A stretch of DNA of 64,000 bases from Phoronis australis (GCA_002633005.1 NMRA01000143.1:563402-627401); one strand, 5' to 3'; shown: positions 24,152-39,100, counted from the stretch's first letter. Notes: generated by a model not told the origin, from the letters alone. Program-made: numbers and translations.

Positions 24152-27100
24152 CTTGGAGAAGCGTAATGGTTGCCTGGCCGCTGCCTAGGGCGTTAGACAC
24201 GTGGCATGTGTAATTGCCGTAATCGACACCTTCGAGATTTTGGATTACCAGCGTCGTGTTTGCAACGCTCCCTGGGCTGATTAATGCTGAAATGAAGAAT
24301 CTGTGATTACAGGCACGCAAAATACAACCCACTTTTTTAAAAAATAAGCACATTTCTGATCATAACTATTATTTGACCCATGATACATTGTCGACCTCTT
24401 GGTGTTTAAGGCCAACTGTTGGATATCACAGCTAGTGCCGTACGTCCGTAACAGATAAGTCTTAAAAAGTTTAGTTTCGTCAAAAGTTTTCAACCAAAGT
24501 AACTGTAACTTCAACCGAGTTTAACTTGTTTTTCAACCCCAACTGCACTCAAGTAACCCGTGCCTGGGTATTTATACTCTTTTACAATTTTCTGGAACTT
24601 TTCACCAATTCAAACAGATTCTAGAACTTTTCGGAATCTACCCAATCATTTAACAAACATATACTAAGCTATGGAATGTTGCAGACTAAATTAATCACTA
24701 ACATACTAGAAACTCCTAGAATGTTCCCTACCATGCTATTGTAAACAAACTGCATCATCACTGACCTGACCTCATGGGTCATGCCAATAAAGTGCTATCT
24801 ATTAGTACAGAACAATAAAATAAAGTAAAATAAAACTTGTTAAACTAACAAAAGTGTCAGCATAAAAGGACTGATTAGTTACGTTTCAGAAGTTCACTGA
24901 TTAAAGTTACATTTTGCTCCTGGTTATCTGCCGATGTTGAATTCTCAACAGAATTGGCTTTGGGATTTAAAAACATTACCACGCCAATCTTATCTTGAAT
25001 TGAGCCGGCAAGTATTTTTGAGCCCTAAGCTACAAAAAGTGCTTGGGGTCCAGGTAATTTGAGCAATCCGCCGCTCTCCAGGCAGATCTTTCAAGACACT
25101 CATCCTTACTCGGTAGCCATAATATTTTCACTGCCGTCGTCACAACTTTTTCACGCCCCTGGACAACGAGATGGTTGACCCCTAAGCACCACAAATTTTT
25201 GCCAAAATAGAAAAAATGAGGCTTTGACAATGTGCTTAACGAGGCGGCGACCCCGAATTTCTTAAGTGTGCGGGGCCCTAATCAGTGCAGGTTAGATAAC
25301 GTGAACGCTTGGCTCTTGAACGAAATCGTGTGAACGGAGAGGATTTCATACTTACTCGACTTCACATCGCTGAAATCCACTGGCACTCCATTCAGTGTCC
25401 AAGAAATCTGTGGTAACGGGTAACCATATACCTTGCACCTAATCTCCATGGGATCTCCTAAGAAACCAGAGATCGAGTCTGGCTCGAAACGACTGGCACC
25501 AGCGGCAGCTTCCCAAGAAAAAATAAAATCAGAGCTTGAAATGTAAACTGCCAACGCGGTAACATTTTAGTTTTGGTGGAACCCAAAACTAGAACCCTGT
25601 CACATGAAATAGGCTAAGCGACTATAAACTCGCGTGTCGTCCAAGAGCTTAACTGTATGTTTAGAGCTCTAAGCGCCCTTAAATTGGTTTCAACTTGTTC
25701 CTTACTTAGAAGAGAATAGAGTTCTGGGAGTGCAAATAACTGACAGTCAATTTCTCGAGATCATGCTCAGCGCAGCTATGGTACGCCTTGATAACAGTTG
25801 AGACCAATTTTATGTCTTTAAATGGTCCAGGCCTACAACAAAAGTTTATTTTCTGTTGTAAGACAGGCTCACGACCGCGTTAAAATATGCTTTAGTGCAC
25901 TCGGCAAGGCTTGCTGAACAGGAACCGACATTCAAAACATATTTTGTCTATAACCTGGGCCCGGTCTCCAATCTCCGTACTCAGACTCGAATTATGCTCA
26001 AACTCACACTTCATACTAAACTCGAGTACAGACTCAGCTTTGGTGTATTCAATGTCATACTCGAAAAATCTGTACTCGAAATTTCGAGCACGTACTCAGT
26101 TTTCGAGTGTACTCGAACTGAAGTGTATCTCATCTATATTTCGAGTACGATTNNNNNNNNNNNNNNNNNNNNNNNNNNNNNNNNNNNNNNNNNNNNNNNN
26201 NNNNNNNNNNNNNNNNNNNNNNNNNNNNNNNNNNNNNNNNNNNNNNNNNNNNNNNNNNNNNNNNNNNNNNNNNNNNNNNNNNNNNNNNNNNNNNNNNNNN
26301 NNNNNNNNNNNNNNNNNNNNNNNNNNNNNNNNNNNNNNNNNNNNNNNNNNNNNNNNNNNNNNNNNNNNNNCCAGATGTCACATGCTCGGAAAAATTAAGC
26401 GGCTACAAACTCGCCCTTTATCACAAAAATCATCTTTTGTTGTCGACTATTCCTTGTTGCAAATCTGTTCCATAGTCTAATTGTAGGTGCATTCAGAATT
26501 CAGAATTCGTTACTGCTAATGGTCCGACACCAAGCTCTTCAAGTTGGCTCGTCTAGTAGCAATAATAGTGGTAAAGTTCGTAACTGCTAGTCGAGACCAA
26601 GCTTTTCAAGTTGGCTAGCCATTGTATGTAACCAGTATGCAGTGACTGATTTAGTACGTTTTCAGTAAGGCGGGAGGGGGTTTAGGATTCGCGCGAATCC
26701 GAGGTGCGTAGCGCCGAGCGGAGGGAAGGTCGGGAGGGGTTTTCCCCTCCCGTGTGACATTTTTTGTGGTTTTGGTAGCTGGTTTCGTATTGCTGGCGAC
26801 GTTTTTTTCAATTTTTATTTTTAATCCTGTCCCTGTAGATCCGCCTGTTGCATGGTCTGACGCAGTAACGAAATGCCAGTTCTTTACAAACTCAGAAAGC
26901 ACTTCTCATCTGACTCAGAAAGCACTTCTCATCTGACTACTTGCATAAATACAAAGAAGGTTGTGAAACAAAATTGTTCCCAAAAAGACCCCTGTCTCCC
27001 TCCATGGAATGTTTTAAAAGTCATTTGAATCTCTGAGCTTAAACCCATGCAGGAATAATTTCCGTAGCTTTATGCAACAAAATTCAAGACAAAAAGATTA

Positions 27101-30100
27101 GACAAAAACATTGTAAGTTCCGGGGCCGTGGTCGATTCTTTTCATTCGAAATTGAACACCCGAAATTATTTGTGGCATTTTGTGTGTATTATTATTACAT
27201 TATGTTTTATGCACATCAGTGTCTAGTCCAGGCTCGCAGCTTATCACCTCTAGTTTTGAGCTACAAATTCGAGTAAAAACTCGAAATGTCGAGCTCTGAC
27301 TCGAATTTTCAGCCTGAAAGGCTTAATATGTTGCCAAAATGACTATATTTATATCTAAAATACGTGTATTGATGAAAAACGTCAACATACGGTGTCATAG
27401 CATACCCCATAGCATAATTAAGTTGGCATTTGACGATACAGTGGCCCCATCACGAACCCCTTTTAGCGCCAAAAAACTTGAGATGGCGCTTGCACCAATC
27501 GAAGACTATGACATCATCGTTACAACAAATTGGCTTTCACCGTGTCTCCATCGTATTGCAATCAGCGATGACTGGCCGTTCAATTTCGAACAAAATACGT
27601 GGAAAATCAAGGAAACACATTAATTGTTCATTTCATGTCAATTAATAATAAAATTGATCAAAATTATTACCGTTAGATTTTTTTATTCAATTATTTAGCA
27701 CACATTCTAATACGGGCCCGTATGGGAATCCCCGGGAGGGACTGGGGTCTCCAAAACAGCTGGAAAAACAAAACGCTTCGTCCGAACTGTAATCAGGCAA
27801 TTTCACAATGTTTATTATAAAGTGTAATTCGCTTGATATAAAAAATTTGATGTTAGGAACTTTGCATTCATGTCATCTTGAAGCCGAAGGTGTGAACGCT
27901 GCGCGATTCCGATACGGGCCTCTGTCGAGGGTGTGTCCCGTATTGGAATCGGCGGCACTAGGCCGTTTAATTTGGTGCAAAATACGTGGAAACGTTACAG
28001 CACATATTAGCTTAATCTTTTCGTACAAAGCAATTATATTCAAATTTGTTGAAAATTTTATATCAGAAACTTAATTTTCAAAATAATTCGTCTTGAAATC
28101 CTGCAACCCGTACTCGCCGCCATTTTGACTCCGTCAACCTCAAAAGATTGAAAATTTTATAGCACAACTTTTTGAGTATTTGCAATAAAAACTATGAAAT
28201 AAAGTCTGGATAGCATGAAAACATACAGAATAATAAGGATTTACAATCAACTGAACGTTTTGAATTCAATCAAAAAATATATTCCGATTTGGCCGCAAAC
28301 TATCTGAATTCGGTTAGGCCTACGGGAACGACCCAAATCAGAATATTCCGATTTAGGCCGGAACAGTAACACGAAACGTCGAAATGCGCATTGCAGATCT
28401 TAACTGTAGCCAGCCAGCTAGCTGTTTGAAGACTTTCGCCAAAATGCAGCTACGTGACACTGTGAATTGAGCTCCGTTAGACCTAGCCTTGGTACAAAGC
28501 TGTATATTGAATATACAGCTTTGCACCGATATGGGTAAAAAGTGGTAAGATAAAATCTGACACAAAATTAGTGTCATTAAAAACTACAGTCTTCCTTGAG
28601 GAAACTAAATTCTTTAACGGTGTTGGAAAAAAATGGCGTTCTACCGTTATTCCGCTGCTAAAGTTGTGGAGCGATCTTTAGCTTTCGGCGCCATGAAATA
28701 TTGGCCAGTTTCTTTTTTCGCCGATTCTTCAATGAATTGTTGTTCTTTCACGAGGTTGGGTACACGTCACAACAAATTATCGTAACTGGTTTCACTTCAT
28801 TATAAGTTTTTAGAATCTTGATACCGAAAATCCGAATTTCAGAAGAAATTTTGCTGCTGCCAAGCTCTCGTCATCTCCCGACAGATGTCACAAAACTTTA
28901 GGAAATGGCGCGTGCGCGTGACACGAGCGCACTCTTTTCAAAACGACGACATACTATGCATTGTTCGAAACGGCGGAGAGTTACGCAAGAAAATGACGTT
29001 CATTGCATTGTTTTTCACTTAACATGCACGCACCCGGGGGGGCCTCCGGGGGCTCGAACGAGCCCCCCATTTGGCGAAGTGGGCAAAAAGGCCGCCCCTG
29101 AGAAATAAAAGGTCCGAGAAAATGACACAAAAGTCCACTGAACAAGTACAAACGCGCAATTCACGGTGATGCCCCCGTTTTTTTTTTTTGCACGCTTTTT
29201 TGTTACCAAAAGGTCCAGCCCCCCTATATTGAAGGCTGGGTGCGCGCATGCTTAAACGGCTGTAACGGGCAAGGTGAGTGTCAATTGATTCCCAGATCTT
29301 GCATGCACCCCGTCCAGTCTTTAGCTTTATATGTTGGAACAAGTTTCACGGCGAGGTGACGTGAAATTTAGGTGTCTACGGAAGAAATACACACAGTGGT
29401 ACCTAAAAGTATTTTGGCGACAGTCTTCATACAGCTAGCTGGCTGACTACGTTAGACCACGAAATTTCATACAGGCCGGATATGAGTACTGTTAGTCACC
29501 TCGTAACTTATATCGCAGAGGCAACCACGGACGGGGTGCAAGCAAAATCTGGGAGACAATGCCAACACTCACCTTGCCCTATGCCAGCCGTTTAAATCAG
29601 TGAAAAACAATCTAATGAAAGTCATTTTCTAGCATAATTTCCGTCTTTTGAGTTTTGTAACAAAGAAAGTCTGTCGTCGTTTTGAAAACAATACGCTCGT
29701 GACACGCGCCCGCGTCGTCCTAAAATTTTGCGACAACTCTTGGGACATGATGACAGCTTAGCAGTAGCAAAGCTGTTCTAAAATTCGGTTTGCTGGTCTT
29801 AAAATTAATACTAAAAAACTTGTAACGAAATGAAATCGGTTCCGACAATTTGTTGTAACATGTACGCAACCTCGTGGCAGCGAAGAACAGTTGATGGTAG
29901 CCTTGGTACAGAGATGTATACTAAATATACAGCTCTGCACCGATGTGGGTAAAAAAGTGGTAAGATAAAATATGACACAAAATTAGTGTCATTAAAAACT
30001 ACAGCCTTCCTTGACTAAACTAAATTATTTAACGGTGTTGGGAAAAATGGCGTTCTACCGTCGTTCTGTTGCTAAGTTGTGCAGCGATCTTCTGCGTCGG

Positions 30101-33100
30101 CTTTCGGCGCCATGAAATATTGCGTCACCTATTGGCTAGTTTCTTTTTTTCGCCGACGGTTGCGTACACGTCACAACAAATTATTGGAACTGGTTTCACT
30201 TCATTATAAGTTTTTAGAATTTCGATACCGAAAAACCGAATTTCAGAACACATTTTGCTGCTGCGAAGTTGTCGCAAATATTGAGGAAATGGCGCGTGCG
30301 CGTGACACGAGCGTAATGTTTTCAATACGACGACATACTTTTTATTGTTAGAAAAGGCGGAGAGTTACGCAAGAAAATGACGTTTATTGAATGGTTTTTC
30401 ACTTAAACGGGTGTAACGGGCAAGGTGAATGTCTGTTTATTCCCAGATTTTGCATGCACCACTCCGGTTTTTAGCTTTACGTGTTGATACAAGTTTCACG
30501 GCGCGGTGACGAGCAGAACAACCCTGGCTGTGTGCAATTTCGGGGTCTACGGAAAAAATACACTGTAGTACCTAGCTATATTTTTACGACAGTCTTCATA
30601 CAGAGGTCACGAAGTGTGAACTTGGATCATCTTAGTAAACCACAATGTAGGCTACTCGAGCACTTGTATGCATGCAACTTATCTTAAAGGCGAAGGCAAC
30701 CATTTTCATGTCACTTTTAGCAAAAATAAGGTTCGTTGATTATCCCAGACACATTTTTCACTTAATTACAGCTTTTCGTAATTTGATTAATTTCTCGTCC
30801 TCTACTCCGGAAGTGACGTTTTGGGAGGCAAGAGTTTCGCGCCAATTTCTTTTCATTGTAGTCTGACTGTGAGGGCTTTCGAGTCAGTCATTGTTCTACC
30901 TCGGTTGTGATATGTTCGGTCGTCGTTTGCTTTTGTTTACAAGTCAGTCAACATGCCACGCTGTTGCTGCGTGCCGGGATGTACTCATTATCGTCTCACA
31001 CGTGCTTTGGGTACCTTGTGTCGCTTTCCGAAGGATGACACACTTCGCCGTACTTGGCTAGCTTGTTCATGTGAAGAACGCAACGCTACCCGTCCACGCA
31101 ACGTACAAAGCAGTGGAGGGTTACCGAGTGTGTGCCAAGCATTTTCTGCCGTCAGATTACGACAGAGATATGTACGCTGAATTGATGAAGGTCCCTGCGA
31201 AACAACGCCTGAAGGAGGGTACCATACCGTCGCTGTTGATTCCCGGCAGTGCCCCGTCGCCAACACCGAGAAGTGCGTTTTTGAAGCAAGAAGCCTCGCA
31301 AGCTGTCGCCACTATATACAGTGACTGGAGGCACTTCATCTACTATCACCCGTGCCTCCGAACGTACCCCATTGCGTGCAGTTCTCGGCCGGGAACTAGC
31401 AGTGATTCGCCCTGTGCTGTTGTCTCTAACCCAGAGCCTGTAAGCAGCCCTGCAGCGATGTTGAGTAGTGGGAGTGAATACAGGCCCAGTTCGACACCCA
31501 GTGAAGAGGACAGTTCGTCATCCAATGAACAGATCGGTGAGCCTATAAAGTTTGGTAAGTTTAATGTAGACTTGTATTGGAGCTATTTAGAAGGTGCCAG
31601 GTGTGTGGCGAGGGAGTCACACGGCGGGATCTAAGCAGTTTGGGTACTCAGATTACCTTCCAGTGGGAGTGTGTCGCGGGACACTCGGGCAAGTGGGACA
31701 GTTCTTCCTCTGTACGTGAGACCATAATGAGTACACCCTAGTACGCAGCAACAGCATGGCATGTTGACTGACTCGTAAGCAAAAGCAAACGACGACCGAA
31801 CTTATCACAATCGAGGTAGAACAATGACTGACTCAACTGCTCTCACAGTCAGACTATAGGAAATAAAATTGGCGCGAAATTCTTGCCTCCCAAAACGTCA
31901 CTTCCGGAGTAGACGACGAGTAATTAATTAAATTACGAAAATAAGTGAAAAATATGTCTGGGATAATCAACGAACCTTATTTTTGCTAAAAATGACATGT
32001 AAAAAGGTTGCTTTCGCCTTTAAGCTCGCACTAAAGTAGAACTAGAAATCATGTCAAAAAAGTTCTAGTTTGGAAATTGTACCTTGTGCATCAGACCGTC
32101 TGCTCCGAGTCCAGCTACCTTGGAGTCGCCATTTGAGTGATAGCCTTAAGCCTTAATAATGTCTGAAGCATTCACATTATTCACTACGTAGATAGCCAAA
32201 AACAGATATAATGTGTTGGTACCTGAAGGCCACGCCAGTGATGGCCGCTTGGTCATGACTGACACCCAAGGACACCAGAGGGTAGTACAGAACAGTTGAC
32301 TGAATAGTCAATGTAAGTCACTTGTTGCACATAAACTTACGAGTCGTACGTGAATGAGACAGGGACTCGTGACCAATATGCATGCCAATAGCCGACACGG
32401 TAGGGATATTGTAACGGTTAGCAGCTACTTACTGTTGATGTAGGCGGTGTAGTTAATAGCGCGCGCCCCGGGTTCTGGCTGAAACTCGCAGACGAACGCC
32501 CCAACCTGTTCATAATTGCCTGTAAGAAAACATTGATCGTTAGGTCACCGTACTATTACAGCAATGGAACGTTACCGCATTTCTACCACCCGGCCGGAGA
32601 TGAGTGCACAACTAGTACAAGCTTCAGCCGGACGAAATGGGGGTGTTTGTTAACGTCCTGTTGACGCAAGCCATCGCGAAGTACTTGTGACAAGAAATCG
32701 TCACTTAGGAACAGACACGAACAGTGAAAATCCTATCCCACAACTCATCATTCCAACCCCAAGTTTTCTACCACCCACTTCAGTGCAGGCCGCCATTTTG
32801 TTACAGGGCACGCTAGTAGGGGTCTCAAGCACAGGTTTACTTGCAATACATTCGCCTTTCAGTCGCGCGATTTTATTAGCCTTTGGGAGACGGTTTATCA
32901 ACGTGGATTACAATTTAGAGTTATGCAGGACCTATCAACAACTAGTCTGTGTGATTAGCCAATATGCTTACAAAGCTGCAGTCGCAAGCTTGCTCACTAA
33001 AATTCGCGAGCGAAATAGCCGAGATGTTACTGTGTCTATGCTGACAACATGTAAAAATGAAAATGGGGTGATTCTATATCCAGAGTGTCGATTCAAACGG

Positions 33101-36100
33101 TTCGCGAATAGGCGCAGTCTTCCTAATATAAGTGAAGTTAATGCTAGGGCATGGACCTAAATACACGTGCACATGGCAACATTATTGTATAAATGCGTGA
33201 TATCTCAAACGTCGTCTATGAGTGTGAGCCTATTTGTCAAACACCCTCTAAGAAATGCGAAAGGGTAACATTTTAGTGTTTCTTCACACTTATTACTTGT
33301 CTGTTGAGAAGCGACACACCACGGATTCTTTTTTCACAATGACCACATTATATTTACAGCCTGTTCAACCCGGGATTCAACATTAAAATCGATCCAAGGT
33401 CAGTTTATGACGGAGGAAAAAATTAAAGCTACACTTGCACTAATCATGTTGTCTCGTACCATCAACGAAGAATCAGAAGCAGTAGGATGATCCCTGTTAG
33501 CAATCTCCTTTGTACTGGAGGTATGGAAACGCATTGCTACATTAGCCTCGTTTTAGAAATGTCGGGCTTATTCTAGGAATCGCGTCAGACACATCGCATC
33601 CACGGCGACTTCTCGAGTTTATGCAACTTTTTGCTATCTGAATTGCAGCCCACAACACAACAGTAAAACTTCGCTGACATGGAAAGGTCAAATACAGTTA
33701 ATGCAGGCGACAAAATTTGAAAAAAACAGGGGACCAACAAATGATATGAAAAACTCCAATGGCGCGAAAATGAAGCCAGGGAACAGCTTGGCGGATATTG
33801 CAGCGTTGTGGGTAAATACCAAGAAATATAAGCGTCGCTGTGTGATCTGGGACCGTCTTGTTATGGTTAAGAGTGCATTGATGTGAATTAGATTGCGAAC
33901 TCACTGAAGTCGATGCCGCTGATGTTCAAAGTGTCACCAGAGCTTGACATAGTAATGTTGTCGTTTTCGTCGACTTTCAGTTTGGTGATGATGTTCATCT
34001 TCTTCCTGGAAACAGAGCCATTTGCACGATTCCTTTACTCTTTAACAAAAAGCACCACCATAAAGGGTTTCAAAGGTCTATAGTTTAATATCATTTGGTC
34101 GCAAGTCTGAAAATCCTTGACTCAGTTATGCTTTTGATCCATCAACGCCATTTTTCACGACTGGTCGTCGATGTAAAGATAACTTCTTTGAAAATTATCT
34201 TACGCGTTCCAAATTAGAGGCTTTCGGTAACACGGCGCGCAATGATATTTGTTATTGTGAACAGGTTTTCCACGAACCAAGATAACATGCATTTAAAAGA
34301 CATTTTGTCAGACGTTAGACCTAACTTCTACCATTTTCTAAAACTTTCATCACTTGTCATACGGTTTGCTAAAATACATGCTCAACAAGAGGAACTCAGG
34401 GAAAGCCTTTCTCTAATGAAAGTAATGAGTTTTTCTACCTGTGGTCGGAATGTGACCTACCTGAACCAGTCGATCCTCGTGATAGAATCCTCACTGGAGC
34501 TAGGATTTTCGTGGCTGTAATGGGCGTGACAGCCCACCTGGGCTGCCACGGTATTTGGACCCACCAAAGCGTGCACAAGCGTCACTGCAAGCAAATAAAC
34601 AAATACAAATATTAAGTTTATAATGATATTTGAGGAACTCGAGAACAACGCAAAAGATATGCGCCCACAGTTCACCGCAAACTGTGTAGTTCATTCAATC
34701 GGTGCTGTTCAGCTTCATGAAACACACGAAGAAACATAATAGCAGAATAAAAGGGCCCAAAACATTGGCAAACCCCATCTCTCAAGACCAAGGCCCGGAA
34801 TCTAATACCCGAAATCGAACTCAAGATTATTTTTGACATCTTCGATTCTACTTCTGTGTGAACTCACGATACATGTGGATTATTCTATGCTCAAGTACAT
34901 ACATGTAGTGGCTGACGTGTACTTGATGATCCTAGTGTTAAGGCTAATCTGAACTCGAAATTTCGAGATTTTACGTGAGTTTGTAGTTCGAACTTAGCAG
35001 TCATCAGGTGCTAACTTGGACTAGAAACTCATATGCATAGATCATAATTTACTCGAGCACACAATAATACGCACGCATCTTTAGTTCACTCAAAAGCAGA
35101 AAAAACAAATACAATCTCGAATTCAATTTCATGTAAACATTTTAGAACCTGAGCCTAGATGGTGCTGCAGTGGTCGAATTCATGGGTCTGACTAGTAGGA
35201 AACGGAGGGTCAGACCCAAAGACCCAACCCCGATGGCTAAACAACGTGGGGTCATATACCAGCTGAAATGTGACCAGGATCCCAACCACACCTACATTGT
35301 AGGAACCAAGAGGCCGTTCCTTACCAGATTCAAAGACCACCTGAAACTAGACAGACCAACAGCTGTGGGGGAACATATTTTGGCGACTGGGCACACCATA
35401 TCTCTTGCGTCATCCAGGATCCTAGCCAAGGAACAAAATTGGCATACTCGTAAGCTCAAAGAGGCCATAAACATCAACAGTCAGCGCCCACTCCTGAACC
35501 GGGACAGAGGACTACACTTACCCCCGTGTACTCCAGCATTCTTAACGAGCAAAAGGCGCGAAATCCCGCATTCATCGACAAAGACCTGGCGGACCAGGTC
35601 GAAACGTCTGCTAACAACCAATCACGTCTCTAAGTAAGTAATTTTTACATCTACGACGCAAATAGTCAGAAAGTTGTATTTTAATTTACAAGAAGTCGTC
35701 GACGTGCTTGGCGGCATGCAGGCGGAGCAAGGCTATCAAAATGTGGGTTTGAATACTCACTGTTGTACACGTAAATATCCAATCTGCCTAAGATCTCCTT
35801 TTGGCCGACTTTCTTGCACTCGTATGTGCCAGCGTCACTGAAGGTCACGGGTGAGATCCTCACTAAGTGCCGCTCCTCGCTGAATAACAGACACAAGTAT
35901 GCTGTAGCCCCCCACTTTTTTCAGTGCTACGCCCCTATGGTCTATGGGTGGTGCACCACAGGAGGACTGGGGGGGGGGGGGCTACAGCCCCCATTTTTTT
36001 TCAGTGCTGCGCCGCCCATGCCTTACCAATAATGCACAACAATATTTTATTGCAGCGCCACCAAAGTGTGCAAGTAATGAATAAGGTAGACAGTGACCAC

Positions 36101-39100
36101 CGTCTCTAGCTGGCTCAGTAAAGACGGGGAAGTTCTTATAGGCGCTTCATACCCCTGAAGCTTTTCAGCGAATTATGCCTCACAAAAAATCAAAGTCACG
36201 TTGTTTAAGTTTTTGCGCATAAAAGGACACCTTAGGAGGCCGTCGATGTTTTTAATTCCTTCCAATTCAAGCAAATATTCTCGTTATCAAACGTTTTCTT
36301 CGAACACTCCATCCTTCAGTTTCCAAAATCGGAAACTGGCCATTTTTAACACTGCGCGTTTCAGGTGCTATGACGTCATATCTCCTGACGTGCGCAGTGT
36401 AAAAATGGCTAGTTACCGATTTTGGGAACTGAACGAAGGACTGCTCGAAAAATGTAAGGAATTAAAGACATCGATGGCCTCCTAACGTGTTCCTCTAAGG
36501 TATTTATAACAACGTGACTTTGATTTTTTAATCAATGTGAGGCATAATTCGCCTAAAAGCTTCCGTCGTATGAAGCGCCTATAAGAGCTTCATCGTCTCC
36601 ACTGAGCCAGCGAGAGACGGTGGTCACTGTCTATGAATAAGGTAGACGATATTTTGTTGAATAAGCTAAAGTTATTGGATATTCCCAGGTTCAAAACATT
36701 TCTTCGAAATCGGGGTGAACCATTTAATACAGACAAAAAGCAAAATTAGCGAAGGGTCGATAGTACAATAGGCCTATAGCCCGAAGGACCGTCAGTTCGA
36801 AGGCCCATTATACCGAAAAACGACTCTTTGGCTCACACATTTGTTTGCCATTTTCACACCTTCGTGAATTTCTTGATTGGCGGCGAGTTGAGGCTTGCTG
36901 TATTCAATGTCAGAAGCCCTGATTGATGTGGGAGTCACTGAAATTCCAAAAACGTAAACCGCTAGCGTCGTAATGGCTGATGGTACATAAGAAGCTCCAT
37001 CTAATATTTTTTAAAAAGTCACCATTCCTTACAAAATTCAATCAATGACCGATAAGTACGAAGTTTTATTTTTGCCCCGTGTGAGCGTAATTAAGCCCCT
37101 TCGCCTGCATTCGAAGCTACGCTTAATATTGCTCACCAGTTAAGTAAAGTCATGCTTGAAATGGATGCTCTGCTGGCGCACCCCTTAATACGCATTGCTA
37201 TTTGGCTACTGTGCGTGTACATGTGCGTGCATATACGGATTAAGCCCTTGCGTTTGCTTTTTAGTTGGAAAATGTAGGGTGATGTTGACATCTGTCGGGA
37301 TTTTCTAAAAATTGCAGAGCGTACATTCAAAAGAAGAACCGGATTTTCGAAAACTTTTAGCGATTTTTTTAAAAAATCCTGCTCATGACATGAGATTTTA
37401 ACCTCACCTGAGTATTGTTACCCTATAATTTTAACTTTTAGACTGACGTGTAGCTGCTGCGTTTGGTGAAGATGAACACGCAATGTTAGTACAAAAATGT
37501 TGTTCATACCATTGACTATAGTACATGGACAGCCAACTCCGTATACTTTCAATGGACGAAATCTGGCGTGCGTTCAGTAGACGCTAGGACCTACGCTAGC
37601 ACCTAGCTAAAACCTAGTCAAAGTCACGTGCTCTCATTTGAAATGCACGGCAATATCTCACGTAATCTCGCGAAGTCTTGCTTTTTAGCGAGGTCCTAGC
37701 GTTACTGAACGGGAGGCTGTGCTGTTTCGCACAAGCCGTTACGTCATTATTCACTAGTCACCTGGCCAATTATATTGTGTAATTTCCGGCTAGAACGCCG
37801 TCTGCTAATCATGGTCGGTGTGGCAGGGTGTTCGGCCACACAGTCGAAATGCAAAGGCGTTAGCTTCCATAGCGTACGGAGACCCCATTATCGGCTGTGG
37901 GAGAAAAACCTTATGTTTTGTATAAACGTTAATGACATTTTGATGATGGATGTTTTTAAGAACTTCTGGTAGGCCTACTAGTGCTACCACTACTGACTTA
38001 TTCTGTCTCACATATCCATTGTTCTTTACTCCTTTTTGATGAATATTACCTGGTAATTTTTGGCAAGAATTGTCCGCTAAACTTTTTCAAAAGATAATGA
38101 TTCACGAACTCCTGTCCTTACGAGGAACCTCAGCCACAGCCTAGTGTGCGAATTAACCAAATTGGTCATCTTCGCTAGTACTTATCAAGCGGTTACTATC
38201 GCAGCACAATGCGAACATTTCGTCGGGATTTGGATCACCGATATAGCCGATTTATAAATCCGTGTACAAATAAACTGAATGCTGGTAAAACCTTTAACAT
38301 AACTAAAGATCACATTAATACTCCAGAAATAACCAACTGACCTTCTCAAATCTATCGCACAATTCAACAACAGGTTACACACTCATTTCATGTCAAATGT
38401 ATGGCGCACAAAATCTCTAGACCGTCTTAGCCAAGTACATTGTAGTCTATGAAAATACAACCAACTAACCCGAGTTTCAACTTCTTTACAAACATAAGAC
38501 AGGAACACCAGAGGGGTGTGAAGGTTGTTTTTATTCTTCAATGTTTTTTTGTTTAATACGTTTAGAGTATAATACATCATATTAATTGAACAAATAAGTA
38601 TCTAGAAAATGCTCCTAATGATTGGGCGAATAATTAGCCGAGAATAATATAAAAGGGGGGGGGGGAAACGGGAAGGACTTTCATACACTCATTCACACTC
38701 ACATTCACACATTTTAATTAACTTATGTTTACATTTACGTAGGTGCATAATTATGAAAATGTCAAATTTCTTATAATACAACAGAAGTGGTTTAAAAATA
38801 ACACAATATATCGTTTGAATCATTTTCAAGAGATGGCTGCAAAACCCTCCACTGTTCTGAAGTTTTATCCGAGGCATTAAATACAACGAGGTTCACTGCG
38901 TCAAAAAGTATACATCTAAACTTATTAAAACAAGGTTGAGACCAATCTCTCGATGATGTATAAATATAATGTTGGGCATGAGTGTATATGGTATTGAAGA
39001 TTTCACTTAAATTGCCGAAGAAGCAAACTAAGAAGTGGTACATAAATGGCTCAGTGTGCAAATTAAAAACTTTACTAATGAAATGATGTAAAGAATTCCA

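Noticed and set aside
25895-26480. Long ORFs spanning 26153-26370
   Set aside because: Artefact of reading through the N gap.
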